From contig CAYUXO010000001.1 in NCBI GenBank assembly GCA_964448865.1, forward strand, positions 4,747 through 68,746: a stretch of DNA of 64,000 nucleotides, written 5' to 3'. This DNA is from an uncultured Anaerolineales bacterium. Its GTDB lineage: Bacteria > Chloroflexota > Anaerolineae > Anaerolineales > UBA11858. A model generated the notes under the pieces. That model made no database searches. It was not told the DNA's origin and worked only from the letters and a program-made list of their open reading frames with translations. Each line of letters begins with the position of its first letter. Position 1 is the stretch's first letter. The position numbers and the translations under genes were made by a program. Below, piece after piece: positions 52,019-60,471 of this stretch.

Positions 52019-53260
52019 ATGGGAAGTTTTACAGGTTATCAATGTTCAATTTGCGGCAAGCAATACCAACCGGGAGAAGTGACCTATACCTGCCCGGATG
52101 ATAACGGCATCCTCGATGTGCTGCTGGATTATCAGGATCTGGAAAATAAAACAACTGACGAGCTGATCCTGAAGGATGAAAATTCTTTATGGCGTTACTT
52201 TCCGCTCATCCCCGTGGAAAATCTAATTGGTGAAGGCACCACTCTGCGATCGGCAGGCTGGACTCCAACATATTCTCCCCCCCAGTTGAAAAGGAACCTT
52301 GGTGTTAAACAGCTCTGGGTCAAAGATGAGAGCAGCAACCCGACGGCGTCATTTAAGGACCGGGCCAGTGCAGTTCTGGTTGCCCGTGCGAAGGAGATAG
52401 GAGCAGAGGTGATTGTTACAGCTTCTACTGGCAACGCGGGAGCCGCTTTGGCCGGAATGGCTGCTGGAGTGGAACAGGAGTCAGTAATTTTTGCCCCTAA
52501 AACAGCTCCACAGGCGAAAATTGCCCAATTACTGATCTACGGTGCCCGGGTGATCCTGGTAGATGATAATTATGACGCTGCCTACCAGCTATCCCTGGAA
52601 GCGACTGAGGAATTCGGCTGGTATAACCGCAATACGGGATACAACCCCTTCACAGCAGAAGGAAAAAAGACCGCAGCCTATGAAATCTGGGAACAGGTGT
52701 TATTAACTAATCAGTTGGATAAACCCCTGTGTGTATTTGTATCTGTTGGGGATGGTAATATTATCTCTGGAATTCACAAGGGATTTAAAGATCTTTACAG
52801 GATTGGCCAGATCAAGCACATGCCGCGTATCTTCGGCTGCCAGTCAACCGGTTCTGCAGCAATCTATAATGCTTATAAATCCGGGAAAGAAGAAATCAAA
52901 CCAGTGTCTGCAACTACTATGGCAGACAGTATCTCGGTGAACCTGCCCAGTGATGGTCTTAGAGCGCTGCGGGCAGCCACTCAAACTGATGGTGCCTACG
53001 TCGCAGTTGAAGATGAAAAAATCCTGAAAGCAATTGCTGATCTTGGTGAAGTGGGAATCTTCTCTGAACCAGCAGGGGCAACCAGCCTGGCAGGTTTGAA
53101 ACTGGCTCTTGCCGATGGTTTGGTAAAGGAAGATGATCCAATTTTGGTTTTGAATACCGGCAGTGGGTTAAAGGATGTCAAAGCAGCCATGCAGGCGGCC
53201 GGAGAGGCTCCGGTCATAAAGCCGGTCCTTGATGAGGTGAAAAAGCTTCTCGGGAATTGA
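52019..53260 (+). CDS. Threonine-synthase-like fold-type-II PLP enzyme with an N-terminal zinc ribbon
   Basis: CSICG...YTCP is the ribbon. NPTASFKDRAS carries the PLP lysine. ASTGNAGAA and the GSG loop are present. The ATG follows AAGGAG. Confidence 0.7.
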   Translation: MGSFTGYQCSICGKQYQPGEVTYTCPDDNGILDVLLDYQDLENKTTDELILKDENSLWRYFPLIPVENLIGEGTTLRSAGWTPTYSPPQLKRNLGVKQLWVKDESSNPTASFKDRASAVLVARAKEIGAEVIVTASTGNAGAALAGMAAGVEQESVIFAPKTAPQAKIAQLLIYGARVILVDDNYDAAYQLSLEATEEFGWYNRNTGYNPFTAEGKKTAAYEIWEQVLLTNQLDKPLCVFVSVGDGNIISGIHKGFKDLYRIGQIKHMPRIFGCQSTGSAAIYNAYKSGKEEIKPVSATTMADSISVNLPSDGLRALRAATQTDGAYVAVEDEKILKAIADLGEVGIFSEPAGATSLAGLKLALADGLVKEDDPILVLNTGSGLKDVKAAMQAAGEAPVIKPVLDEVKKLLGN

Positions 53261-53293
53261 CCGCAAGGGTTGCACTCAAAAGGTGAGGTTAGG

Positions 53294-54229
53294 ATGAATA
53301 CCAGACCAACATTTTCAATCATTGCTCCTATTTATAACGAGATCGATAACATCACAACTTTGTATGAGCGAGTCACCGCTGTGATGGATCTAACTGATGA
53401 ACCCTGGGAATTTGTAATGATAGATGATGGGTCCTCCGATGGATCGACCGAGGCCATCCTGGAGTTGAGGAGAAAGGACAGTAAAATAGTCCCGGTGATT
53501 TTTGCCAGGAATTTTGGGCACCAAATAGCAGTCACCGCAGGTTTGGATTACAGTCAGGGCGAGGCAGTCATCATCATTGATGCTGATTTGCAGGACCCTC
53601 CTGAAGTGATCCTTGACCTGATTGGGAAGTGGCGTGAAGGTTATGAAGTGGTCTATGCCACCAGGTCCAAACGGGAAGGAGAGAGCCGGTTTAAACTCTT
53701 CACCGCAGCAGCTTTTTACCGACTGATCCAGCGCATTACTGACGTAGACCTTCCCATGAACACAGGCGACTTCCGGCTGCTGGACAGTAAAGTGGTCGAG
53801 GTTATGAACCAGATGCGTGAGAGACACCGTTTTCTGCGGGGTATGTCGGTCTGGGTTGGGTTTAAACAGACTGGCGTGGAATATGAACGAGCGGAAAGAT
53901 TCGCAGGAGAATCCAAGTATCCACTTAAGAAGATGTTCAGATTGGCTAGTGATGCAATTACAGGATTTTCATATTTTCCACTCCAACTGGCGACATACCT
54001 GGGATTTTTTGCCGCAGGGACAGGTATCCTGGCCATACTCGTTATGATTGTCTTACGCTTGACAGGCTCTCAGCTATTTTATGGGCAGGGGATAACCCTG
54101 ATTGCCGTCTTGTTCCTGGGAGGGATTCAACTGATCTCTATCGGTATGCTGGGTGAATATGTTGGCAGACTGTATGATGAAGCAAAGAGCAGGCCGTTAT
54201 ATATAGTGAGGAAAGATCTGGAGGTGTAA
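53294..54229 (+). CDS. Family-2 glycosyltransferase (polyprenyl-phosphate sugar transferase, GtrB/ArnC-like) with two C-terminal TMs
   Basis: ORF 53270..54229. ATG 53294 follows [37 protein letters not shown] and C-terminal hydrophobic helices are present. Confidence 0.8.
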   Translation: MNTRPTFSIIAPIYNEIDNITTLYERVTAVMDLTDEPWEFVMIDDGSSDGSTEAILELRRKDSKIVPVIFARNFGHQIAVTAGLDYSQGEAVIIIDADLQDPPEVILDLIGKWREGYEVVYATRSKREGESRFKLFTAAAFYRLIQRITDVDLPMNTGDFRLLDSKVVEVMNQMRERHRFLRGMSVWVGFKQTGVEYERAERFAGESKYPLKKMFRLASDAITGFSYFPLQLATYLGFFAAGTGILAILVMIVLRLTGSQLFYGQGITLIAVLFLGGIQLISIGMLGEYVGRLYDEAKSRPLYIVRKDLEV

Positions 54230-54317
54230 CAGGGCAAGGAATAATTTGAATATTAACAATAATATCTGCAGGATTTTATTATTCTAATTTACTTGATTGT
54301 TTGGAAAGGAAAATAAC

Positions 54318-55778
54318 ATGATTGATCTCAGTTTGGATAAGAAACAATTGGAACGCACAGTAGAACGAGCCAGGGAACAGAATATTATCATTCCGACATT
54401 TGCTCAGATGAGGGATCCCGATCTGATCCCTGACAGTATCAAAGAAGAGCTCAAGAATATCGGATTGTGGGATATTACCTCCCGTAACCTGTTCCGCATC
54501 ACCTGGAAGAATGAGCCTGTGGCAACAGGCGGCGGTTATGGCGGAGTAAACTTTGTCGAACTTCCCTCCAGTCTAACAGGAGTTGAGGCCCGGATAGTTG
54601 CCCTGGTAGGGAAATGGTTCCCAACCGGAGCTCATAAAGTTGGCGCTGCTTACGGATGCCTTGTTCCTCCTCTGATCACTGGCCAATTCGATCCGACAGA
54701 ACATGAAGCAGTCTGGCCCTCAACCGGCAACTACTGTCGGGGCGGAGCTTATGACTCGGCTTTGCTGGCCTGTAAATCAGTGGCGATTCTGCCAGAGGAA
54801 ATGAGCCGGGAGCGCTTTGAATGGCTAGAGAAAGTTGCTGGAGAGGTTATTGCCACTCCCGGATCCGAAAGTAATGTAAAAGAGATCTACGATAAGGTCT
54901 GGGAATTACGTGCAACCCGGGATAATATTTTTGTCTTCAACCAATTTGACGAATTTGGAAATTATCTCTGGCACTACGATATCACCGGTCATGCAATGGA
55001 AGAAGTCCTGCAGCAGGTTATGGGACCGAACGATGAGTACCGGGGAGTGGCCCTGACAACAGGTTCTGCTGGAACAATTGGCTGTGGAGATTACCTGAAG
55101 CAGCTCTTCCCCAGCAGCAAGATAGCTGCCGGAGAGGCTTTGCAATGCCCGACACTTCTGGAAAATGGCTTTGGCGCCCATCGCATTGAGGGTATTGGTG
55201 ATAAACACGTTCCCTGGATTCACAATGTCAAAAACACCGATATGATTATCGGGATTGACGACAATACTGTGGTAAATCTGGCCAGGTTGTTTAATGAGCC
55301 TGAAGGCAGAAAATACCTGGTAAAACAGGGAGTTTCAGAGGATCTGGTTGGACAATTGGATCTGCTTGGTTTTTCAAGTATTGCCAATACAGTGATGGCG
55401 ATCAAGATGGCAAAGTATTACGAGATGGACGAGAACGATATCATCTTGACTGTCTGGACCGATTCGATGGAATTGTATGAAAGCCGTTTGAAGGAAATGC
55501 ATGATGAAATTGGTGATTACACTGAAGTTGACGCTGCCCGGACCCACGCCCAGTATCTGGATGGCCTGACCCCCAATTACCTACAAGATCTGCGCTACGA
55601 AGATCAGCGCCGGGTTCATAACCTGAAGTATTTCACCTGGGTAGAGCAGCAGGGCAAAACCTTTGAAGAGATCCAGTCTCAATGGTATGATCGCGATTAT
55701 TGGACCAATTTCCAGAAACAAATTCCGGAGATTGATGGTTTGATTGACGAGTTTAATGCGAAAGTTGGTTTGATCTAG
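54318..55778 (+). CDS. Large fold-type-II PLP-dependent enzyme (Trp-synthase-beta/cysteine-synthase-like; possibly OrtB-like thiolase/lyase)
   Basis: ORF 54297..55778; ATG 54318 is preferred. FPTGAHKVGAAYG is the candidate PLP lysine. STGNYCRGGA, TTGSAGT and GIGDKH are present. The ~100-aa C-terminal extension is uncharacterised. Confidence 0.6.
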   Translation: MIDLSLDKKQLERTVERAREQNIIIPTFAQMRDPDLIPDSIKEELKNIGLWDITSRNLFRITWKNEPVATGGGYGGVNFVELPSSLTGVEARIVALVGKWFPTGAHKVGAAYGCLVPPLITGQFDPTEHEAVWPSTGNYCRGGAYDSALLACKSVAILPEEMSRERFEWLEKVAGEVIATPGSESNVKEIYDKVWELRATRDNIFVFNQFDEFGNYLWHYDITGHAMEEVLQQVMGPNDEYRGVALTTGSAGTIGCGDYLKQLFPSSKIAAGEALQCPTLLENGFGAHRIEGIGDKHVPWIHNVKNTDMIIGIDDNTVVNLARLFNEPEGRKYLVKQGVSEDLVGQLDLLGFSSIANTVMAIKMAKYYEMDENDIILTVWTDSMELYESRLKEMHDEIGDYTEVDAARTHAQYLDGLTPNYLQDLRYEDQRRVHNLKYFTWVEQQGKTFEEIQSQWYDRDYWTNFQKQIPEIDGLIDEFNAKVGLI

Positions 55779-55798
55779 AGCTCTATCTGCTGGATCTG

Positions 55799-55829
55799 GA
55801 TGCGGGATATTACTGAAATCCCGCATCCT
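55799..55829. repeat. Short hairpin built from the same REP core (GGATGCGGGAT / ATCCCGCATCC); likely also a terminator
   Basis: GGATGCGGGATattactgaATCCCGCATCC is followed by tttatt, 20 nt after the stop of the PLP gene. Confidence 0.7.
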
Positions 55830-55842
55830 TTATTCAAAACAT

Positions 55843-55850
55843 GTATAATG
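55843..55850 (+). promoter_or_regulatory. Possible extended -10 promoter element TGTATAAT
   Basis: The TGnTATAAT match is 70 nt upstream of ATG 55922. No good -35 was seen. Confidence 0.3.
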
Positions 55851-55921
55851 AAAGATAACGGGGGAAATGATTATTCTCAGAAAATGAATTAAGCGCTTCT
55901 TTAAAGTAAGGGGGTTAATTG

Positions 55922-56500
55922 ATGAATAAATCTTACTTGTCGCCTATGGCTTTAATCCTGGTTGCAATTATCCCTTCACCGGAGGATTTGCAGTTAGCCC
56001 GGATCCTGGGATGGTATCGCATCCCACTTCGATCAGCTCCCCGGATTCTTAATGTCGACTACCTGGCTTTTTATCAACCGGCCTCATTTAAACAAAGGAA
56101 ATGGCAGGTCGAATATTTGGCAGCGGTTCTGGGGCATGAATTGACCACAAGAATTGAACTGCTCAAGGACCAGGCAGATCATCCCCGAGCTGAGGAAGAG
56201 TACTATAAAATTCAGCTGGGTTCAATTCAGAAATTAAGCCAGCCAATTTCGGCTGCTGATTGGAAAAGATTCACGTTTTTGTACACAACCGGGGAATATT
56301 TTCGGGGGGCAAAAATCCTTACTGACCTGACCGTTTGTCCATCAGAAAGAAGAGCGCTTTGGAAGACTCTCCGGGATCGAGCCAGCAGCCAATCCAGGTA
56401 TTTTGAAGAATGGGATATTCCAGATGATCTGCCCCTGGATGCGCTGTCCGCCCTGCTGGGTATTACATCAGATCAGTTTGATGGTAATGAATGGAAATGA
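55922..56500 (+). CDS. Conserved-looking hypothetical protein (GWYRIP...YLAFYQ motif)
   Basis: 192 aa with an AGGGGG SD. No domain was recognised with confidence. Confidence 0.5.
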   Translation: MNKSYLSPMALILVAIIPSPEDLQLARILGWYRIPLRSAPRILNVDYLAFYQPASFKQRKWQVEYLAAVLGHELTTRIELLKDQADHPRAEEEYYKIQLGSIQKLSQPISAADWKRFTFLYTTGEYFRGAKILTDLTVCPSERRALWKTLRDRASSQSRYFEEWDIPDDLPLDALSALLGITSDQFDGNEWK

Positions 56501-56614
56501 TTATTGATTTCTGCCAGTTATTACTTGAGAGGACTGCAGGATGAAGAAATGGCCTGGGGTATAATCTTCCCAACGGGTCAATTATTATGAATCTGGGTTG
56601 AAAAAGGATTAATA

Positions 56615-58036
56615 ATGGGAACGACATTAATAAAGAATGGAACTTTAATTACTGCAGAAAAATCATTCCCAGCTGACCTGTTGATTGTCGATGAACAAAT
56701 TGCCCAGGTAGGGGAGAATCTGGAAGCTCCTGGGGCAGAGATTGTAGATGCCGGGGGACAATTTGTGTTACCAGGTGGAATCGATCCCCATGTGCATCTG
56801 GACCTGGCAATGTTTGAAACTGTTTCGTCTGATGATCATTATACAGGCCATAAAGCTGCAGCTTTTGGGGGTACCACAACAGTAATGGATTTTGTTGAGG
56901 ATAAGGACCCTGACCTATTGAAAAATATTTCCGCGTTAAGGGAAAAAGCTGATCCCAAAGCAGCTATTGATTACAGTTTCCACCTCAATATCACAAAATT
57001 CGATCAAAAAGTAGCCGACCAGATTCCAGCCATTTTGAAATCGGGAGTGACAACGCTAAAGGTATTTACAGCCTATAACAACCGTCTGCGTCTTCAGGAT
57101 GGAGAAATATTCCAGTTAATGCTGAAAGCAGCTGAATACGGTTTATTGACCATGCTTCACGCTGAAAATGGTGACGTGATTGACATCCTTGTAGCCCAGG
57201 CACTAAATGCTGGCCGCACAGAGCCAATCTGGCATGCCAGGACTAGACCTGCCTGGGGTGCAGTGGAGGCTGTGTTACGGGGCGCTGCCCTGGCAGCCCA
57301 GGCTGATGCACCGTTGTATATCGTTCATATGAATACTGCCGGGGGGATCGACCAGCTGGCGTATGCCAGGGAGCGCGGTTTAAAGGTAATGGGAGAGACC
57401 TGTCCTCAATATATGTTCTTCTCTGAAGAGGACCTGGAACGACCGGATGGAGCTAAATGGATTTGTTCTCCTCCCATGAGGACCAAAATCGATCAAGCCA
57501 GGATCTGGCAGGGATTAACAGCAAACACTTTGCAAACAGTAGGCACTGACCACTGTCCATTTTTCTATGATGGGACCAAACCAATTGAATATGAAGGATA
57601 CCCCGTGATGATTCCCGGAAAAGAACTGGGAAAAAATGATTTTACAAAGATTCCTAACGGATTACCGGGGGTGGAGGACAGGATGCCGATTCTCTGGACA
57701 GAAGGTGTTGGAAAGGGAAAAATTACGGCTAACCAATTTGTCGCTTTTACAAGTACAAATCCGGCAAAGATATTTGGTTTATATCCTAAGAAAGGTTGTT
57801 TAGAGCCCGGGTCAGACGCTGACCTGGTGATCTGGGATCCCGGGAAGAAATTGATTTATGGAGTTGATGTTGCTCATCATCGGACTGATTACAACCTTTA
57901 CGAAGGCTGGGAGCTGGAAGGATATCCTGAAAAAGTATTCCTACGGGGGAAATGCATTGTTGATGGTGAAAAATGGCTCGGTAAAAAAGGTCAGGGAAAG
58001 TTCCTGGCAAGGAAGCCATTTGCAGAGGTAGTTTAG
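56615..58036 (+). CDS. Dihydropyrimidinase / D-hydantoinase (cyclic amidohydrolase)
   Basis: LPGGIDPHVHL, TLKVFTAY (carboxylated Lys), MLHAENG, VHMNT and GTDHCPF are present. The protein is 473 aa. Confidence 0.85.
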   Translation: MGTTLIKNGTLITAEKSFPADLLIVDEQIAQVGENLEAPGAEIVDAGGQFVLPGGIDPHVHLDLAMFETVSSDDHYTGHKAAAFGGTTTVMDFVEDKDPDLLKNISALREKADPKAAIDYSFHLNITKFDQKVADQIPAILKSGVTTLKVFTAYNNRLRLQDGEIFQLMLKAAEYGLLTMLHAENGDVIDILVAQALNAGRTEPIWHARTRPAWGAVEAVLRGAALAAQADAPLYIVHMNTAGGIDQLAYARERGLKVMGETCPQYMFFSEEDLERPDGAKWICSPPMRTKIDQARIWQGLTANTLQTVGTDHCPFFYDGTKPIEYEGYPVMIPGKELGKNDFTKIPNGLPGVEDRMPILWTEGVGKGKITANQFVAFTSTNPAKIFGLYPKKGCLEPGSDADLVIWDPGKKLIYGVDVAHHRTDYNLYEGWELEGYPEKVFLRGKCIVDGEKWLGKKGQGKFLARKPFAEVV

Positions 58037-58060
58037 GGAATATCTAATATTGAGAAGGGA

Positions 58061-58085
58061 CACGGTATCCTCAAAGGATACCGTG
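58061..58085 (+). terminator. 10-bp hairpin after the hydantoinase gene
   Basis: CACGGTATCCtcaaaGGATACCGTG. There is no clear T-run, so the terminator role is tentative. Confidence 0.45.
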
Positions 58086-58098
58086 TGGGGAGATGAAT

Positions 58099-58180
58099 GG
58101 ATGCGTGATCCTGAGTCAAATAATTGATAAAATCGCTTTGATAATCATCAGTTATAAGTAAATATAAGGATCATGCATCC
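58099..58180. repeat. REPIN-like inverted doublet (GGATGCGTGATCC ... GGATCATGCATCC)
   Basis: The forward arm is 58099-58111. The reverse arm is 58168-58180, with 1 mismatch to the exact reverse complement. The arm-to-arm offset of 69 nt compares with 73 and 70 nt in the other doublets. Confidence 0.7.
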
Positions 58181-58203
58181 TATCAATTCAATGGGGGAAA
58201 TAT

Positions 58204-58758
58204 ATGGATCAAGCAAGACTTGATTTTGGTCTTTTTTATCACAACAGAGGAAATAATAGGGGTCCGATATTTACAGAGGAACGTAATTATTATTACTTCC
58301 TTGATTTAATGAGGAAGTATCTCCTTCCAATTTTGGATTTGTACGCCTATTGTTTGCTTCCAAATCATTTCCATTTGTTGATCAGAGTATAAGATTTGGA
58401 AAATTTTCAATCAGAATCTAATTCAGCTCGAAATCTATCAATTTCACTTAGTTCATTTTTTGGCACATATACCAAAGGATTTAATAAGAGTAATAGACGT
58501 ACAGGGAAATTATTTGAAGGTCGTTTTAAGAGAAATTTGATATTAAACGATCAACAGTTATTTCAAACAATTAAGTATATTCATCATAATCCGCAGAATC
58601 ATGGATTGGTAAAGGATTTCAGGATTTGGCCATACTCATCATATTGGAATTACATAAATAGAAATTCGGGAGGGTTAATATATGAAGGATTATTATATGA
58701 TAGAGATTTTTACATTGCCGTCATGAGTGTTATTGAAGGTGAATCAGAGGATGCGTGA
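58204..58758 (+). pseudogene. RAYT-like IS200/Y1 (HUH) transposase interrupted by one in-frame TAA (58390-58392)
   Basis: ORFs 58204..58392 and 58396..58758 are in the same frame. The HUH motif is LPNHFHLLI. GKLFEGRFK and the catalytic-Tyr motif YIHHNP are present. The stop aligns with the Lys (AAA) of paralog 2. Confidence 0.75.
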
Positions 58759-58831
58759 TCCTCTGACTGGAAACCATCTGAGAATATAAGTAAGAACATT
58801 TAATTATTGAAATACTCAGGATCACGCATCC
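58749..58831. repeat. REPIN-like inverted doublet (GGATGCGTGATCC ... GGATCACGCATCC)
   Basis: The forward arm is 58749-58761 and contains the TGA stop of the upstream pseudogene. The exact reverse complement lies at 58819-58831. Confidence 0.75.
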
Positions 58832-58854
58832 TGAGGAATCATAGGGGGAATTTC

Positions 58855-59448
58855 ATGGATAAGAAATATTTCCAATTCAGTGAATTTTATTATTTATATT
58901 TTTGGGGAAATCATCGTGAAGCTCTCTTCAGAGAAGATAAAAATTACCATGTCTTCCTTGATTTATTTAGAAAATATTTATCTCCAATATCCGATTTGTA
59001 TGCTTATTGTCTGTTACCGACACATTCGCACTTGATATTGAGAATTAAAGACTATGTTGATATTGGCTGTTATTATTTCGATGGTCAAATGATCTGGAAA
59101 CAGATAAAGACTTTTTTTTGTTCTTATATTCACTGGAATAATAAAAATTCAAATGGTACACCAAAAATACTTGGCAGTAAATATTACGGAAGAAACCTTG
59201 ACTGTATAGAATCCTTATACAAGTTGATCCCCTACATTCACCAAAATCCTGAAAATCATGGCATTGTGTCAGACTACAAATTCTGGCCTTATTCCTCTTA
59301 CCATACATATTTCAAAAGAGATCGAAGGTCCTTTTTAGCTAGAATACTATTCTCTGATGATGAGTTATACAATACAATTATGGCAATGCACGGGAAAACG
59401 ATTAAACTAGAGGAGTGGAACTATTATCAAAAGGAAATGGTTTCCTGA
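58855..59448 (+). CDS. RAYT-like IS200/Y1 transposase paralog 2 (divergent)
   Basis: ORF 58807..59448. ATG 58855 is chosen by analogy with paralog 1 (SD GGGGGAA + ATGGAT). LLPTHSHLILRI (HUH-like) and PYIHQNPENHG are present. The central GRF motif is degenerate (GSKYYGRN). Confidence 0.65.
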   Translation: MDKKYFQFSEFYYLYFWGNHREALFREDKNYHVFLDLFRKYLSPISDLYAYCLLPTHSHLILRIKDYVDIGCYYFDGQMIWKQIKTFFCSYIHWNNKNSNGTPKILGSKYYGRNLDCIESLYKLIPYIHQNPENHGIVSDYKFWPYSSYHTYFKRDRRSFLARILFSDDELYNTIMAMHGKTIKLEEWNYYQKEMVS

Positions 59449-59478
59449 AAGAAAGCCCTTTCCTACGACAGAAATCTT

Positions 59479-60345
59479 ATGAAAAACCTTACCGTAAAGG
59501 ACTTTACTTTCGACTGGGGAACCCGAACATATATCATGGGTATCCTCAACCTCACACCGGATAGTTTTTCGGGAGATGGACTGACTGGAGAGGGTCTGGA
59601 TTCGGCGTTAAAACAAGCCCGGGAATTTGTGGAATCCGGAGCGGATATCCTTGATGTAGGGGGAGAGAGCACTCGCCCGGGAGCTGATCCTGTATCAGCT
59701 GAAGAAGAAATTGACCGGGTTCTGCCGCTAATAACCCAGCTTGTAGATGAATTTGATATTCCAATATCGATTGATACCTATAAATCATCTGTCGCCAGGC
59801 AAGCAGTCAAAGCTGGGGCCGCGATCATCAATGATGTCTGGGGTTTTCGAGCGGACCCGGATCTGGCAGCTTTTGCTTCTCATTCTGGTGTCCCCGTGAT
59901 CCTGATGCACAACCGCAGCACACCCAATAACGCCGCTGTTCGAGAACAACTGGGAGGGCGATATGTCGGTGTTGAATATGATGATTTATTGGAAGATGTC
60001 AAATCTGAACTGCTCGAGAGTGTTTCCCTGGCTAACCAGGCAGGTATTCCAGACCATATGATCATTCTTGATCCGGGAATCGGTTTTGGAAAAACTGTTG
60101 AACAAAATCTGGAATTGCTCAATAGATTAAATGAGATCCGTTCCCTCGGATATCCTGTTTTATTGGGTCCCTCCCGGAAATCATTCATTGGTTATACTCT
60201 TGACTTACCCCTGGATGATAGAGTTGAGGGCACTGCCGCTGCAGTCGCAGTTGGCATCACTCGTGGAGCAGATATCATCAGGGTGCATGACGTGCCCGAG
60301 ATGGTAAGGATAGCTCGTATGACAGACGCCATTGTAAGGTCCTGA
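59479..60345 (+). CDS. folP: Dihydropteroate synthase
   Basis: GILNLTPDSFSGDG, DVGGESTRPGA, SIDT and GPSRKSF form the full DHPS motif set. Confidence 0.92.
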   Translation: MKNLTVKDFTFDWGTRTYIMGILNLTPDSFSGDGLTGEGLDSALKQAREFVESGADILDVGGESTRPGADPVSAEEEIDRVLPLITQLVDEFDIPISIDTYKSSVARQAVKAGAAIINDVWGFRADPDLAAFASHSGVPVILMHNRSTPNNAAVREQLGGRYVGVEYDDLLEDVKSELLESVSLANQAGIPDHMIILDPGIGFGKTVEQNLELLNRLNEIRSLGYPVLLGPSRKSFIGYTLDLPLDDRVEGTAAAVAVGITRGADIIRVHDVPEMVRIARMTDAIVRS

Positions 60346-60374
60346 TAAAGTTTAATTAGTACCTGGATAAGATT

Positions 60375-60406
60375 AAATCCGCTGTGTCTCCGCAGCGGAT
60401 TTTTTG
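60375..60406 (+). terminator. Rho-independent terminator after folP
   Basis: AAATCCGCTGtgtctccgCAGCGGATtttttg. Confidence 0.85.
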
Positions 60407-60471
60407 TTCTTATGCCAAATTAACATTCATACGGTAAATTGAAATCATAGCAGTTACCACCGGAGGATTGC

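Larger units (their letters stand above)
58099..59448 (+). mobile_element. REP/RAYT-like locus: two tandem IS200/Y1-type transposase paralogs, each preceded by a REP inverted doublet
   Basis: See the component features. Both genes share the upstream layout of REP doublet, GGGGGAA SD, then ATGGAT. Confidence 0.7.

Noticed and set aside
52019-53260. Calling this ORF plain threonine synthase (thrC).
   Set aside because: The motifs fit the ThrC family. The gene is embedded in a catabolic island rather than with hom or thrB, and ThrC-like paralogs with other activities exist. I therefore left the gene symbol empty.
58390-58392. The in-frame stop in RAYT paralog 1 could be programmed recoding or selenocysteine.
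   Set aside because: The codon is TAA, not TGA. I saw no SECIS-like hairpin downstream. TAA is used as an ordinary stop by many genes in the window. A nonsense mutation or sequencing error is the simpler explanation.
58099-58831. The repeated 13-mers could have been a small CRISPR array.
   Set aside because: The copies are in inverted rather than direct orientation. Only two occur per locus. The spacers contain or flank a coding gene, and no cas genes are present.
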